A DNA stretch of 58,724 bases from a virus (Duplodnaviria > Caudoviricetes). Below the pieces are notes generated by a model. That model did not search any database. It was given only the letters and a program-made list of their open reading frames with translations, and had not been told where the DNA came from. The translations under genes were made by a program, and so were the position numbers. Below are positions 23,491-32,526 of this stretch, in pieces. The first letter of the stretch is position 1; every line of letters starts with the position of its first letter. Where the stretch lies: positions 1 to 58,724 of the IMG/VR virus record IMGVR_UViG_3300046167_000872, one strand, 5' to 3'.

Positions 23491-24263
23491 GGGCGTTTCT
23501 TTGTCTCTTGTTTTACAAATGTTCCATTACTCATTGTGCCTTTGCGGTTTTTAATTTCAGCATAAGCGCTTTCAACACAATCCTCTATTTTCATTTGCTC
23601 CAAATGTGCTAGGTTAGTCAGCACAACTATAACGTCACCTATTGCGTCTTTGATTTCAGCATCGTTTTTTTTAAGAATGCCTTGCGCTAATTCGCCTACT
23701 TCTTCAACTAATTTAGCAAACTGAGTTTTTGAATCTCCACTAGTATATATTCCTCTTATTCTAGCCCACTCTCTAATATTGTCAAATACATTTGATTCAG
23801 TATTTGCTTCTGTTGCCGCTGAAGAACTCAAAGAAACTAGCTTTTTATTGTAAATAAAGCAGCGGTTAATGTTATACATAGAAGTAACCGCGTTTTTAAA
23901 AACTTCTCTGTAGTTATCTCTAGTAAGCTTGAAAGAACCGTGGGGAGTTTCCCAAGCCATTCCAATAGCATCTTCTAACCTATCTTTTAGCTTAGTTAAT
24001 GGCATTGGAAATGTTGTTGTTTGTTCTGTTATATTTAGTTTCATTTTATTCGATTTTATTAAATTTTCATAAGTTTGGCGATCAACTTTATAGCCTAAAG
24101 ACTTTTGAAGTTCTATCTCGCGTTTTGATATGTAACTTATATCTTCACTACGATCAAGAACTTCGTATTCATCGGGTTGGTAACCTTGTTGCTCTGTAAC
24201 TCTCTTATTAAGATTACGTGTTACGCCTATTTTTTTTCCTGGAATATGATATAAATAGTACAT
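23463..24263 (-). CDS. MazG-like NTP pyrophosphohydrolase with an N-terminal GIY-YIG-like extension
   Basis: C-terminal KLVEEVGELA..DAIGD motif; N-terminal YYLYHIPGKKIGVTRNLNKR. Confidence 0.75.
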   Translation of the reverse strand: MYYLYHIPGKKIGVTRNLNKRVTEQQGYQPDEYEVLDRSEDISYISKREIELQKSLGYKVDRQTYENLIKSNKMKLNITEQTTTFPMPLTKLKDRLEDAIGMAWETPHGSFKLTRDNYREVFKNAVTSMYNINRCFIYNKKLVSLSSSAATEANTESNVFDNIREWARIRGIYTSGDSKTQFAKLVEEVGELAQGILKKNDAEIKDAIGDVIVVLTNLAHLEQMKIEDCVESAYAEIKNRKGTMSNGTFVKQETKKRPWTHQSVKL

Positions 24264-24274
24264 TCTTATTCAGT

Positions 24275-25090
24275 TTAAACAGCAACTGGCGCTGTGATTA
24301 CAGGACCGTACATATAATCTTTTATAGTTAATTGTCCATTTGAGTAACTATATGATGGCTGAGGCAAAATTGGCTGCTTTAAATATTCGTCTACTGCTTC
24401 AATTTGGTTTTCATAAACGTGAGCATCGATTATCTGCATTTCCATTTTACCAGGCTTTATATTTACTTTTTCGGATATGTATAGCAAAATTTGTGAGAAT
24501 AAAGCCACATCATATGGTATTCCTAAAAATACGTCGCCTGATCTTTGCAAAGCAAACATATTTAAAGTGTCGCCATTAATCGGATCCCAATTAACAAAAA
24601 ACTGAAAGTATAAATAACAAGGCGGTAAAGCCATTTCATTTAACTGAGCTGGATTCCATAATGAAACAACGTGCCTGCGACTATCCGGATTGAGTTTTAA
24701 GCTATCTATAACGTCTTCTAATTGATCAATAGATTGATCATTAAAGTTTCGTAATTGATGCCCATAAACGGGTCCTAAATCGCCATTTGAATCTGCCCAT
24801 TCATTCCATATCGTTACCTTATTATCTTTGAAACGTTTTATATTAGTTTCGCCATTAATAAACCATTCAAATTCTGTTTTAAAAATTTTAGGGTACATGC
24901 GTCTACCTGTTATTAATGGGAACGCTTCTGATAAATCTACTTTAATTGACTTATTAAATACAGAATAACACCCTACTTTTGTCCTATCGTTACGCCATGT
25001 TCCTTCTTGCATACACTCCTTAAGTATCTTTCGATACTGAGCTTCATATTTCTCTGTGATGTTTGTCATAATAAAATTTATATAATTCAA
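24275..25090 (-). CDS. thyA: Thymidylate synthase
   Basis: DRTKVG, DLGPVYGHQLR, DSRR, MALPPC, QRSGDVFLG and DAHVY motifs. Confidence 0.93.
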   Translation of the reverse strand: MNYINFIMTNITEKYEAQYRKILKECMQEGTWRNDRTKVGCYSVFNKSIKVDLSEAFPLITGRRMYPKIFKTEFEWFINGETNIKRFKDNKVTIWNEWADSNGDLGPVYGHQLRNFNDQSIDQLEDVIDSLKLNPDSRRHVVSLWNPAQLNEMALPPCYLYFQFFVNWDPINGDTLNMFALQRSGDVFLGIPYDVALFSQILLYISEKVNIKPGKMEMQIIDAHVYENQIEAVDEYLKQPILPQPSYSYSNGQLTIKDYMYGPVITAPVAV

Positions 25091-25304
25091 AAATTTTTGG
25101 CCAAATTTCTTTGCTGCCGTACTTTATTGGGCTTCTTTTCTTTCTATCTTTAAATTCAACATCAATCCACCACTCTGTTGCACTATGTGCGAACGGGGAT
25201 ATCTTTAACCCATTACGTACTCCCCACAAATAAGCCTTGTCTTCTTCTGTTGTCCGAAGATAAGACTTCATTTGCTTTTTACCTTTTTTTAAACCGCTTC
25301 CCAT
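25044..25304 (-). CDS. Hypothetical protein
   Basis: 86 aa ORF between the primase-helicase and thyA. Confidence 0.55.
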   Translation of the reverse strand: MGSGLKKGKKQMKSYLRTTEEDKAYLWGVRNGLKISPFAHSATEWWIDVEFKDRKKRSPIKYGSKEIWPKIFELYKFYYDKHHREI

Positions 25305-25315
25305 TTTATGTTAAG

Positions 25316-27031
25316 TTACAAGTTTTCCCAAGGCATTGGCTCGTCAAGCATTTCCGGCTGCAAGTGCGGAATAAAGCATCCTGATCTTGGTTCCCATTTG
25401 AAATGAGCTTCCGCTCCGTTTTCTCCAAGGTTCTGAAACTTAACTTTAAGAACTTTAGCTTTAACAGTTTTGTTCTCGTAGTCTCTGTGAACCAATAAAC
25501 CATGATAAGAAGCATCATACCACTCGCCGCCACCTTTAATGTTGTACATAGTAGGCTCTTCAATTTTGCCATCTTTATCCTTATACATTTTAGTTGGATG
25601 AGCAACAATAAATACTAACACGTCGTACTTTTTAGCAAAGATTTCTATCTTTTGCAAGTACTCCATAGTATACCTGTTGACATCTTCTGTTTTACAATCT
25701 GTATCGCGAACTTTATTAAAAGGGTCTATAACTAGACACTTAATACCTTTGCGCTTTACTAGTTCAGCTCCTTTTTTTAATACAGACTCTAACGTGTATC
25801 GTTCCATGTCTATATGAAAAAAGTTACTGTTACAGTGATCAGCGACTTGGTTCCATCTGTCACCACCAATATCATCCTTAGTAGGCATATCTTGCCATAC
25901 TTTACGCATTAGCTTATGCGCATGTAGATATGTTGGGACGTTTTCTGGCGAAGCGAAAGCTGTTTTCCAACCATAGTTAGTGTTGTAGCCAACAACCATT
26001 TGGTCGACAAAATCACTTTTACCGGAACTAGGTATACCAGTAACAGTAATAAATTGACCAGTGTAAGTTGAAAATATCTTGTCAAAGTTTTCCAACCCGA
26101 CTTGAAAGCCAGGCTTAAAACCGTTTTCAACAAAGTCAGTGATCTCGCCTTCGATATCTCTGAAAGTAGTAACGTTCTCCAAAGGTACCGGCTTAGCTCC
26201 TGATATACGAGCTGAAAGCTTTTCTTCTCCATACTTAAGTAAATATTCGTTCGCGTCTTTGCAGTCTTCAAATGAAGCTAAATAACAAACTTCAGATCCT
26301 AGCCTTCTAATAAGTTCTGCTTGCAAGGCTTGACCTGCTTCATCAGAATCTACAGCTAATATGATCTTTTCTTTGTCTTCAAAGTAATCTATACAACTAT
26401 CTAAATATTCTAAGTTATTTGTATTAAGCGTTGCTCCGTTAGGTACAGAAATGGCATTTGTAATACCAGCTTCATGTAAAGCTAATACGTCCATTTCGCC
26501 CTCTACAATAACACAATACTCGTAACCTACAATACTATCTATATTATAGAATACTTTCTCAGCGCCCTTAAATAATTTAAAGTTCTTTCTTCCATCGCGG
26601 TATTTAACATTCGTTAATTCACCACCCATGAAATAATTGAACTTTATTACATTCTCGGTCTTACCAGTCTGTGGCATCCATTCAGGACCCTCAGTAACCC
26701 GTAAGTCACCGAGAGTCTGTTTGGAAATACCTCTTGCTTTAAACCATTCTTCTACTTTAGAGCCAGGCTCTTCAAACTTATAAGGCTCAGGTTTGATATA
26801 CACTTTTTCAGCATTACCCTTACGCTTGTAAGTATGTAGTTGAAATGATTTGTGGCAGTTATGACAAGTTCCGAGACCCCGTTCCCAATCGTAAGAAGCA
26901 CATTTAGCTTTCTGATTTTTGGGTTTCCTTTTGTGAGAGCAAAGTGGGCACGTACCCTGCTTTTTACCCTCCTCAAGGCCATGCACATTGAAATCTTCAA
27001 TTGCAAATCCATTGATCTCTGTTTCTTGCAT
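25316..27031 (-). CDS. DNA primase-helicase (T7 gp4/Twinkle-like)
   Basis: Zn finger CPLC..CHNC, TOPRIM EGEMD/DSDEAG/KDANE, Walker A GIPSSGKS, IDPFN, VAHP. Confidence 0.92.
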   Translation of the reverse strand: MQETEINGFAIEDFNVHGLEEGKKQGTCPLCSHKRKPKNQKAKCASYDWERGLGTCHNCHKSFQLHTYKRKGNAEKVYIKPEPYKFEEPGSKVEEWFKARGISKQTLGDLRVTEGPEWMPQTGKTENVIKFNYFMGGELTNVKYRDGRKNFKLFKGAEKVFYNIDSIVGYEYCVIVEGEMDVLALHEAGITNAISVPNGATLNTNNLEYLDSCIDYFEDKEKIILAVDSDEAGQALQAELIRRLGSEVCYLASFEDCKDANEYLLKYGEEKLSARISGAKPVPLENVTTFRDIEGEITDFVENGFKPGFQVGLENFDKIFSTYTGQFITVTGIPSSGKSDFVDQMVVGYNTNYGWKTAFASPENVPTYLHAHKLMRKVWQDMPTKDDIGGDRWNQVADHCNSNFFHIDMERYTLESVLKKGAELVKRKGIKCLVIDPFNKVRDTDCKTEDVNRYTMEYLQKIEIFAKKYDVLVFIVAHPTKMYKDKDGKIEEPTMYNIKGGGEWYDASYHGLLVHRDYENKTVKAKVLKVKFQNLGENGAEAHFKWEPRSGCFIPHLQPEMLDEPMPWENL

Positions 27032-27046
27032 TTAATTTAATTTAAT

Positions 27047-27163
27047 TTAATATTCCATATCCTCTAAACAGTCTGGACATATGTCGCAGTAGTCGTGATC
27101 TTTTTTAGACATACTTGCTCCACATATTTCGCATATAAACTCCTTGCTAGAATGGAAGGTCAT
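27047..27163 (-). CDS. Small zinc-ribbon protein (38 aa, not in ORF track)
   Basis: MTFHSSKEFICEICGASMSKKDHDYCDICPDCLEDMEY translated by hand. Confidence 0.45.
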   Translation of the reverse strand: MTFHSSKEFICEICGASMSKKDHDYCDICPDCLEDMEY

Positions 27164-27458
27164 CTTCAACTTTTGCTGCTGGAGTTACTGGTTGGCTTTG
27201 CTGATCATCTCGAGGCGCAGCCGCTACATTATCTCCATTAGTCCATACAACTTTAACATTACCTAGATAAGTTTTCGCAGCTTTAGATTCTCTTTCCTCT
27301 TTTGTTTGATCAACAATAACAGGACCTTGATTTCCAAACTGATCTACCTCATCATTCAAAGTGATAGTGATAGGAAGATACTTACCTTTCTTTCCAACAA
27401 TGACTTTGTCTTTAGGAATTTCACTTAGATTGATACTTGCTTTAATAATACTTGCCAT
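27147..27458 (-). CDS. Putative single-stranded DNA-binding protein
   Basis: Beta-rich core with acidic C-terminal EDDLPF tail; replication context. Confidence 0.65.
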   Translation of the reverse strand: MASIIKASINLSEIPKDKVIVGKKGKYLPITITLNDEVDQFGNQGPVIVDQTKEERESKAAKTYLGNVKVVWTNGDNVAAAPRDDQQSQPVTPAAKVEDDLPF

Positions 27459-27459
27459 A

Positions 27460-27627
27460 TTAATATGTAGTTAATTGATTAAACATTCTTGCTAGTTGTT
27501 GCTTGTTTGCTCCTGTAGCTCGCCGTAGGTTATCTACTGCTTTAACATGTGTTTGGTTTGGGTAAAAGTTTGTTTCTTTTGTTTTGATACCCGTTACTGT
27601 GCATACTTTTCTTTTTACTCTTGCCAT
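27460..27627 (-). CDS. Hypothetical protein (55 aa, not in ORF track)
   Basis: MARVKRKVCTVTGIKTKETNFYPNQ... translated by hand. Confidence 0.5.
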   Translation of the reverse strand: MARVKRKVCTVTGIKTKETNFYPNQTHVKAVDNLRRATGANKQQLARMFNQLTTY

Positions 27628-27647
27628 TTGATTAAATTTAATTTAGA

Positions 27648-28388
27648 CTATAAAGTCTTGTTAATAAAATATTGTTGAGGATCAAAGTCTTCTGAGTTGT
27701 AGAATAAATTCCACGCATCAGTAGCTCTCTCGACTTTATCACCTCCTGATTCATAAAATTCCGGAGAGCAATCAAATATACCAATTTGGTGATTTGATTT
27801 ATCGATAACAATGTATAGCATCTCATAGCCAAACAGTTTGTTATAGATGTAAGCTTGACTATCGTAGTTATAACGGAAAGCCGAACTTCTGAACTTGGTT
27901 ATATCGGATGTGGTTTTTAGGTCAACTATTAATTTTTCTGTATGATTTAGTATATCTGCTTTACCTTTCCACCATAATCCGTTTAACTCTGTTATACCAG
28001 GCACTTCATACTCAACGTCTATATCTCTAATTAAGTCTTTACAAACATTGTTTTCCATTAGTTTGTCTGTCATTAACTCTATTTGATCGACTTCTTTTTG
28101 TAATAGACAAAGTTCTCCGCCTGATGCTTCCTTATAAGCTTTTGCATTTCTAGTGGTACTTTCTATAACTTTATACTTGTTTAATTTGTCTGGCTCAAGT
28201 ATTGCAGTATGAAAGTATCCGCCTATCAATAGCGCCGGGGACTTTTTAAAGTCTTTGCCCAAAGCTAAAGGATTAGTTAATAATGTTGAAATATCAGAAT
28301 TACTCCTAAATTGCTTCCCGAAATCTCCGTAATAATCGTCGTCATTTTTGAGCCTTTCTAATACTTCTTCTTTGTTAAACTCTTTCAT
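27648..28388 (-). CDS. PD-(D/E)XK exonuclease (RecE/exonuclease VIII-like)
   Basis: GGYFHTAILEP, KGKADIL, VDLKTT and YDSQAYIY motifs; adjacent to ERF. Confidence 0.8.
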   Translation of the reverse strand: MKEFNKEEVLERLKNDDDYYGDFGKQFRSNSDISTLLTNPLALGKDFKKSPALLIGGYFHTAILEPDKLNKYKVIESTTRNAKAYKEASGGELCLLQKEVDQIELMTDKLMENNVCKDLIRDIDVEYEVPGITELNGLWWKGKADILNHTEKLIVDLKTTSDITKFRSSAFRYNYDSQAYIYNKLFGYEMLYIVIDKSNHQIGIFDCSPEFYESGGDKVERATDAWNLFYNSEDFDPQQYFINKTL

Positions 28389-28937
28389 TTATAGGGTTTT
28401 TAATTCAGCTTCTATTTCTTTAGATAAAGAATACTTAGCTTTTATAGCTTCTACTTTGCCACCTGCTTTAATATATTCGACCGCTTTCTTATAAGCTGGG
28501 TCGCTTGTTGAGGTTAACGTGCTTTTAGTTTTAGCTGCGGCAGCTCTACCGTGATTGTTTGTTGCGTCACTGTCTGCAGTGTCGTCAATTAAAAATAAAT
28601 TTCCTAGTGCGTATTTTTTACCATAACTAGAAGCGCTACCAAACTTCTGAGGCATATGCATCTTTTTTTGTTCTAGATCAACACCCACTACAGCTGTTGC
28701 TTCAACAGACTCTTTACCGTCTGTAATTTTAGCAGTAGACTGCAGAACAGGGAAAGCGCCGTTATCAATTAGCTCTTCGCTAACTATTACCGATACTTTG
28801 TGATCTAATAAAAATGGTTTGATTGCTTCTAGGATATCTTCAGCGGATCTGTAGTTGTATTTGCCGAAGGAGTTAAATCTACTTTTCTTCGTTTTAAGCT
28901 CTGTTTGGATGGTAGCCAATTTTTCGTTTATGTTCAT
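28389..28937 (-). CDS. erf: ERF-family single-strand annealing protein
   Basis: FNSFGKYNYRSAEDI and GSASSYGKKYAL...DDTADSD motifs. Confidence 0.85.
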   Translation of the reverse strand: MNINEKLATIQTELKTKKSRFNSFGKYNYRSAEDILEAIKPFLLDHKVSVIVSEELIDNGAFPVLQSTAKITDGKESVEATAVVGVDLEQKKMHMPQKFGSASSYGKKYALGNLFLIDDTADSDATNNHGRAAAAKTKSTLTSTSDPAYKKAVEYIKAGGKVEAIKAKYSLSKEIEAELKTL

Positions 28938-28963
28938 TCGTTCTTAATTAAATTGTCTATATT

Positions 28964-28991
28964 AATAATTACATATACTACTTTCGTTTTA
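28964..28991 (-). promoter_or_regulatory. Class II promoter candidate for the recombination/replication operon
   Basis: Minus strand TAAAA-CGAAAGTAGTATAT-GTAATTATT, between the sigma gene and erf. Confidence 0.6.
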
Positions 28992-29011
28992 CGACTTTTT
29001 AGTCACCTAAA

Positions 29012-29773
29012 TTAAAGATAATCAAGCACTTGAGCTGGGTCAACAGAGTCGATTAGCTTCTGTACTGCTTGCTTTTTTAACTCAGAAACTCTTACGTAAT
29101 TGCTAGGCCCAGTTATGCCAATTTTATCGGCAATTTCTTTTGCAGGCAATTTATCGCAATCAAGACCGTAGCTTAGTCTTAGTACTTCATATTCTTTTTC
29201 ATCTAAATATTTTTTCAACAAACTTGTCAAGTAAACATTTAGTAATTGAATGTTATAAGGCTCAGAATTATCAGGAATTTGTAAAGCAAAATGCTCTTCG
29301 CTTTCTGACATAGGAATATCAATACTTAAAAACATAGAGTTAAAAAACATTGCAACCATTTTTTTATCCTTACCGTGGTCTTTTCTTATTTCATTTAACT
29401 TATATTCAGGAATCCTCATGTTGCCTCTATTGATGTCTATAGCGCGTCGAATTGTTCCTTTAATACGTTTTGCTAGAAATGATTTTAAAGTCTTTTCTGG
29501 GTCTTCAGATTCGATTACACGCTGCATATCTAGTCTGCTAATAGCTTTAACCAATCCAAAGTTACCTTCTTGAATTAAATCGTTAATGCTCATTACCCCG
29601 GAAGCTTGATCAGAAGTTGAAAACTTTCTAGCTATATTTTCTACTAAAGGCAAAAACTTAATTGTAAGCTCATCCTTTGTATACTCATCCCAAAATTTAC
29701 CCTCTACTCTTGCTACTGATTTTTTTACATCTTCTTTATATCTGATGTAGTTCTGTACATTATATTTCTTCAT
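29012..29773 (-). CDS. Phage sigma70-family factor
   Basis: Region 2 LVENIARKF..DLIQEGNFGLVKA, IRRAI..MRIPE; region 4 EYEVLRLSYGL..KEIADKIG..RVSELKKQAVQKL. Confidence 0.88.
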   Translation of the reverse strand: MKKYNVQNYIRYKEDVKKSVARVEGKFWDEYTKDELTIKFLPLVENIARKFSTSDQASGVMSINDLIQEGNFGLVKAISRLDMQRVIESEDPEKTLKSFLAKRIKGTIRRAIDINRGNMRIPEYKLNEIRKDHGKDKKMVAMFFNSMFLSIDIPMSESEEHFALQIPDNSEPYNIQLLNVYLTSLLKKYLDEKEYEVLRLSYGLDCDKLPAKEIADKIGITGPSNYVRVSELKKQAVQKLIDSVDPAQVLDYL

Positions 29774-29900
29774 GTTTAGTTTCTATGTTGTTAATAAGTT
29801 CTGTCTCAATTTCTTCAAGCTTTGTAAAAAAGAAATCGTCGTGTCCGTTTACTGCTCCAAAATAATCTTTTATTAATTGTACTTTTTCTATTGTCGTCAT
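29760..29900 (-). CDS. Hypothetical protein (46 aa, not in ORF track)
   Basis: MTTIEKVQLIKDYFGAVNGHDDFFFTKL... overlaps both neighbours. Confidence 0.5.
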   Translation of the reverse strand: MTTIEKVQLIKDYFGAVNGHDDFFFTKLEEIETELINNIETKHEEI

Positions 29901-30517
29901 AGTTGTTGATTAAGTAATTCTTTTTCTTTTTTCAACTCGTTACTCATGTTCCTATATATAGTCCGCGTTGAGCAGCCTAGTAAATCCGCTAGCTTAGCTA
30001 TAGTTATGATTTCTTTATCATGGTTAAGCAATAACATTGCATCATATATTTCACTGTCTGAAATCTTGCTTCTACCAACTATTTTGCCTACTATAGTAAG
30101 CTTTTGTCGCATAGTGAGTCCAGTTGAATCTTTAAATATAACTTTCCTCAATTTATTTGGAGGAGGTTGCTCAAGATCCATTAAAGAAACATCGTAAACC
30201 ATGCTCTGTAATAATTGTTCTGAAACTTTAAAAGTTACAAACCCTGATTTTTTATTACAAATGTATTTAGCAAGCGATTCAAAGCCTTCTTGGTCCAATT
30301 GTGGGTTTAGATACCATAATACATACAAATGCCATTTAAGGCTCCTATACGTCGTTATTTTAGCCCGAGACGTAAACAATGAATAACATTCATGCGTGCC
30401 TTCCTCATAGTGCCAACCCCAGTCAAATACCCCGGTTGGTTTATCGTTTATAGGATCACGACGGTATATTATTCTATGTCTAATTAAATACGATGTGTTT
30501 CTCTCAAAGTGCGACAT
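29897..30517 (-). CDS. DNA-binding protein with C-terminal HTH (Rep/initiator-like)
   Basis: ITIAKLADLLGCSTRTIYRN HTH; ATG start at 30517 (MSHFERN) preferred over the track start. Confidence 0.65.
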   Translation of the reverse strand: MSHFERNTSYLIRHRIIYRRDPINDKPTGVFDWGWHYEEGTHECYSLFTSRAKITTYRSLKWHLYVLWYLNPQLDQEGFESLAKYICNKKSGFVTFKVSEQLLQSMVYDVSLMDLEQPPPNKLRKVIFKDSTGLTMRQKLTIVGKIVGRSKISDSEIYDAMLLLNHDKEIITIAKLADLLGCSTRTIYRNMSNELKKEKELLNQQL

Positions 30518-30559
30518 TAGCCTCTTACTATTTAGATAATAACAAGCTATCGTCACACT
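30508..30559. repeat. Palindromic element copy A (13 bp imperfect inverted arms, 26 bp spacer)
   Basis: AGTGCGACATTAG-N26-CTATCGTCACACT; overlaps the ATG of the HTH gene. Confidence 0.75.
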
Positions 30560-30824
30560 GTTCCGATTTGCTTGGTTCAAGTGTCAGGAAATATATATGA
30601 TTATTTAAAAAATAATCTTCTTTTTCCCGGATAGCCATAAATAATTCTTTTGTTTTACCCATTTTAAAATTTCAATAATTTTAAGTATTTGTTATATTTA
30701 TGAAGTAAATCAACTTTAGTATTGTTTACTGTTTTAAATAACAATGCTTCATTAAGTATTTCATACTTTAAAGTCCATATTTTTGTTGTTACAAAAAAGA
30801 TATGTTTTTGTTTTCTTCTTGTTC

Positions 30825-31331
30825 TCATAATAATAGTTTTTCAACCTCTGTGGGTATATGTTTATGTTTAGCTTCGCCATTATTCGTGACTGTATGCTTT
30901 TCTTTAATATAGTAATTCCAATAACCGTGTATAGCATCACCTTGTTTGTATTCATCTGGCATACATTGAGGAGGCTGTTTGAATAAGCCATCAGGCATAC
31001 CAGGAGGAGGTACAGATAAAAACGTTTTACACTTTTCGATAGACATATGATGTTTGCCGTATCGCTTAGTGTACTCGTTACCTATTGCAAGCATGTGATC
31101 ATACAACCAAAAGTATTGTGACTTGTTTTGTCTACACCATATAGTTGAAGGATGATTCAAATGCGCTTTTTTGTAAGGCACATGTTCATTAGATATACCC
31201 ATGCGTTCGTTCCAATAGTGATGAGCAGTGCATAACATCTGAGCTGATTCAAGAATCATTTTAACCTTATGCTTGTCGTAAAAATAACTTGCAGCTTTCG
31301 CTGGATCCTTATGTAAATAAAATATATTCAT
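30825..31331 (-). CDS. Pyrimidine-dimer DNA glycosylase/DenV-like family protein
   Basis: MNIFYL..DKHKVKMILESAQML..HLNHPSTIW..PQCMPDEYK pattern. Confidence 0.7.
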   Translation of the reverse strand: MNIFYLHKDPAKAASYFYDKHKVKMILESAQMLCTAHHYWNERMGISNEHVPYKKAHLNHPSTIWCRQNKSQYFWLYDHMLAIGNEYTKRYGKHHMSIEKCKTFLSVPPPGMPDGLFKQPPQCMPDEYKQGDAIHGYWNYYIKEKHTVTNNGEAKHKHIPTEVEKLLL

Positions 31332-31367
31332 TTGTATTTTTTTAACTAATTAAATTTATTGCACTCA

Positions 31368-31628
31368 CTAAGCTTCGCTATTAAGCCAATCAATAACTCT
31401 GCGTAAAAATATAACTTTGTCACTTCTGTAGGGCGTCATAGTTTTGCCAGGTTTTGCGTTTGTTTCCTGTTTTAATTCGCTTTTTGCCCAGTTAAGTATG
31501 TCAAGCCTATTTTTTTGGAACGATGACACCTCAGTATTGTATAAAGCTAATAGCTTATCTGTTGCCTCGTCTTTACTTGTATTTTCCTTAATTAAGTTCG
31601 TTAATATGTTAGATATTTTAGTTTTCAT
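31368..31628 (-). CDS. Hypothetical protein
   Basis: 86 aa ORF in the early operon. Confidence 0.55.
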   Translation of the reverse strand: MKTKISNILTNLIKENTSKDEATDKLLALYNTEVSSFQKNRLDILNWAKSELKQETNAKPGKTMTPYRSDKVIFLRRVIDWLNSEA

Positions 31629-31641
31629 GATTAGTTCGGTT

Positions 31642-31794
31642 TTAGCTTACATTCCACCAGTTTTTTACTGTTTCTGGATTATATATTGCAAATGCAATAC
31701 GCTTTGTTTGTTCCATGAATTCATTAAAACTAAGGTCATCCCGTTCAGTTTCAATACTAACTTTTTCGTCGTAATGCTCTATTGTTATTTTCAT
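31642..31794 (-). CDS. Hypothetical protein
   Basis: Likely start MKITIEHYDE, overlapping the upstream stop. Confidence 0.5.
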   Translation of the reverse strand: MKITIEHYDEKVSIETERDDLSFNEFMEQTKRIAFAIYNPETVKNWWNVS

Positions 31795-31985
31795 AATCCT
31801 GATTTGTTTAAGAAATATTGATATACTTCTGGTATATGTTTTTTGTAATAAGGCTGCTCCTGCATTACCCATCGCTTAAGGTGTTGCTTAGAAGTAAATG
31901 GCGCACACATTTCAAATGTAACTTCTACGTCATCAATAAAGTCACCAACTGTCCAGCCTTCCCATATGTGTTTGTCTCTATCCAT
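31791..31985 (-). CDS. Hypothetical protein
   Basis: 64 aa, WEGWTVGDFI motif. Confidence 0.55.
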   Translation of the reverse strand: MDRDKHIWEGWTVGDFIDDVEVTFEMCAPFTSKQHLKRWVMQEQPYYKKHIPEVYQYFLNKSGL

Positions 31986-31987
31986 TG

Positions 31988-32212
31988 TTACAACTTTTTA
32001 AAGTTATCGGTTTTGAAAACATACTTATGCATTGCTTTACCAATAGACTTTGCTTTTTTTATTTTATTAATAACTTTAGGAGCTACGTCACTGTACTCAT
32101 ATATACTATTGCTTTTATAGAATACTTGTAGCTTTTGTGAATCACGAGTATATCGTAATGAGCTTACAAATTTTGACTCTACTAATAAATACTCTTCTTT
32201 AATTTTGCTCAT
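31988..32212 (-). CDS. KTSC-domain protein
   Basis: VESKFVSSLRY..LQVFY..YEYSDV..AKSIGK pattern. Confidence 0.75.
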   Translation of the reverse strand: MSKIKEEYLLVESKFVSSLRYTRDSQKLQVFYKSNSIYEYSDVAPKVINKIKKAKSIGKAMHKYVFKTDNFKKL

Positions 32213-32508
32213 TTGCCTTTAGATTTTAGTTGTTTGATTAATTTTTCAATTTCATTTGCATCTTCATACCGTTCATCAGCGATTGCCAACTCAAGATCAG
32301 CTTTAAGTAGCTCAAGCTCTTCTTCAGTAGTAGGATAAGTCATAGTAGATGTTTTAAGCTCTACAGTGTATCCATACTTTTCTTCTAGTTGCTTTTGCAA
32401 TTCAGCATCGTACTCAGCTTGCTGCTCGATCATTCTTTTTACTGTAGCTTCTGCAATGTCATTTACAAACTTTTTATATTGTTCGTCATTCATATTATCA
32501 AAGTTCAT
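32209..32508 (-). CDS. Hypothetical protein with a UVR-like C-terminus
   Basis: LELAIADERYEDANEI motif. Confidence 0.6.
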   Translation of the reverse strand: MNFDNMNDEQYKKFVNDIAEATVKRMIEQQAEYDAELQKQLEEKYGYTVELKTSTMTYPTTEEELELLKADLELAIADERYEDANEIEKLIKQLKSKGK

Positions 32509-32525
32509 TCGTATTTGTTTTGTAA
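32492..32525 (-). promoter_or_regulatory. Class I (early) element copy 1
   Basis: TTACAAA-ACA-AATACGA-ATGAACTTT-GATAATAT; overlaps the start of ORF 32209..32508. Confidence 0.7.
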
Positions 32526-32526
32526 A

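Noticed and set aside
27031-27050. (TTTAA)4 tandem repeat upstream of the primase-helicase
   Set aside because: Ordinary AT-rich translation initiation region, similar to those before other genes here
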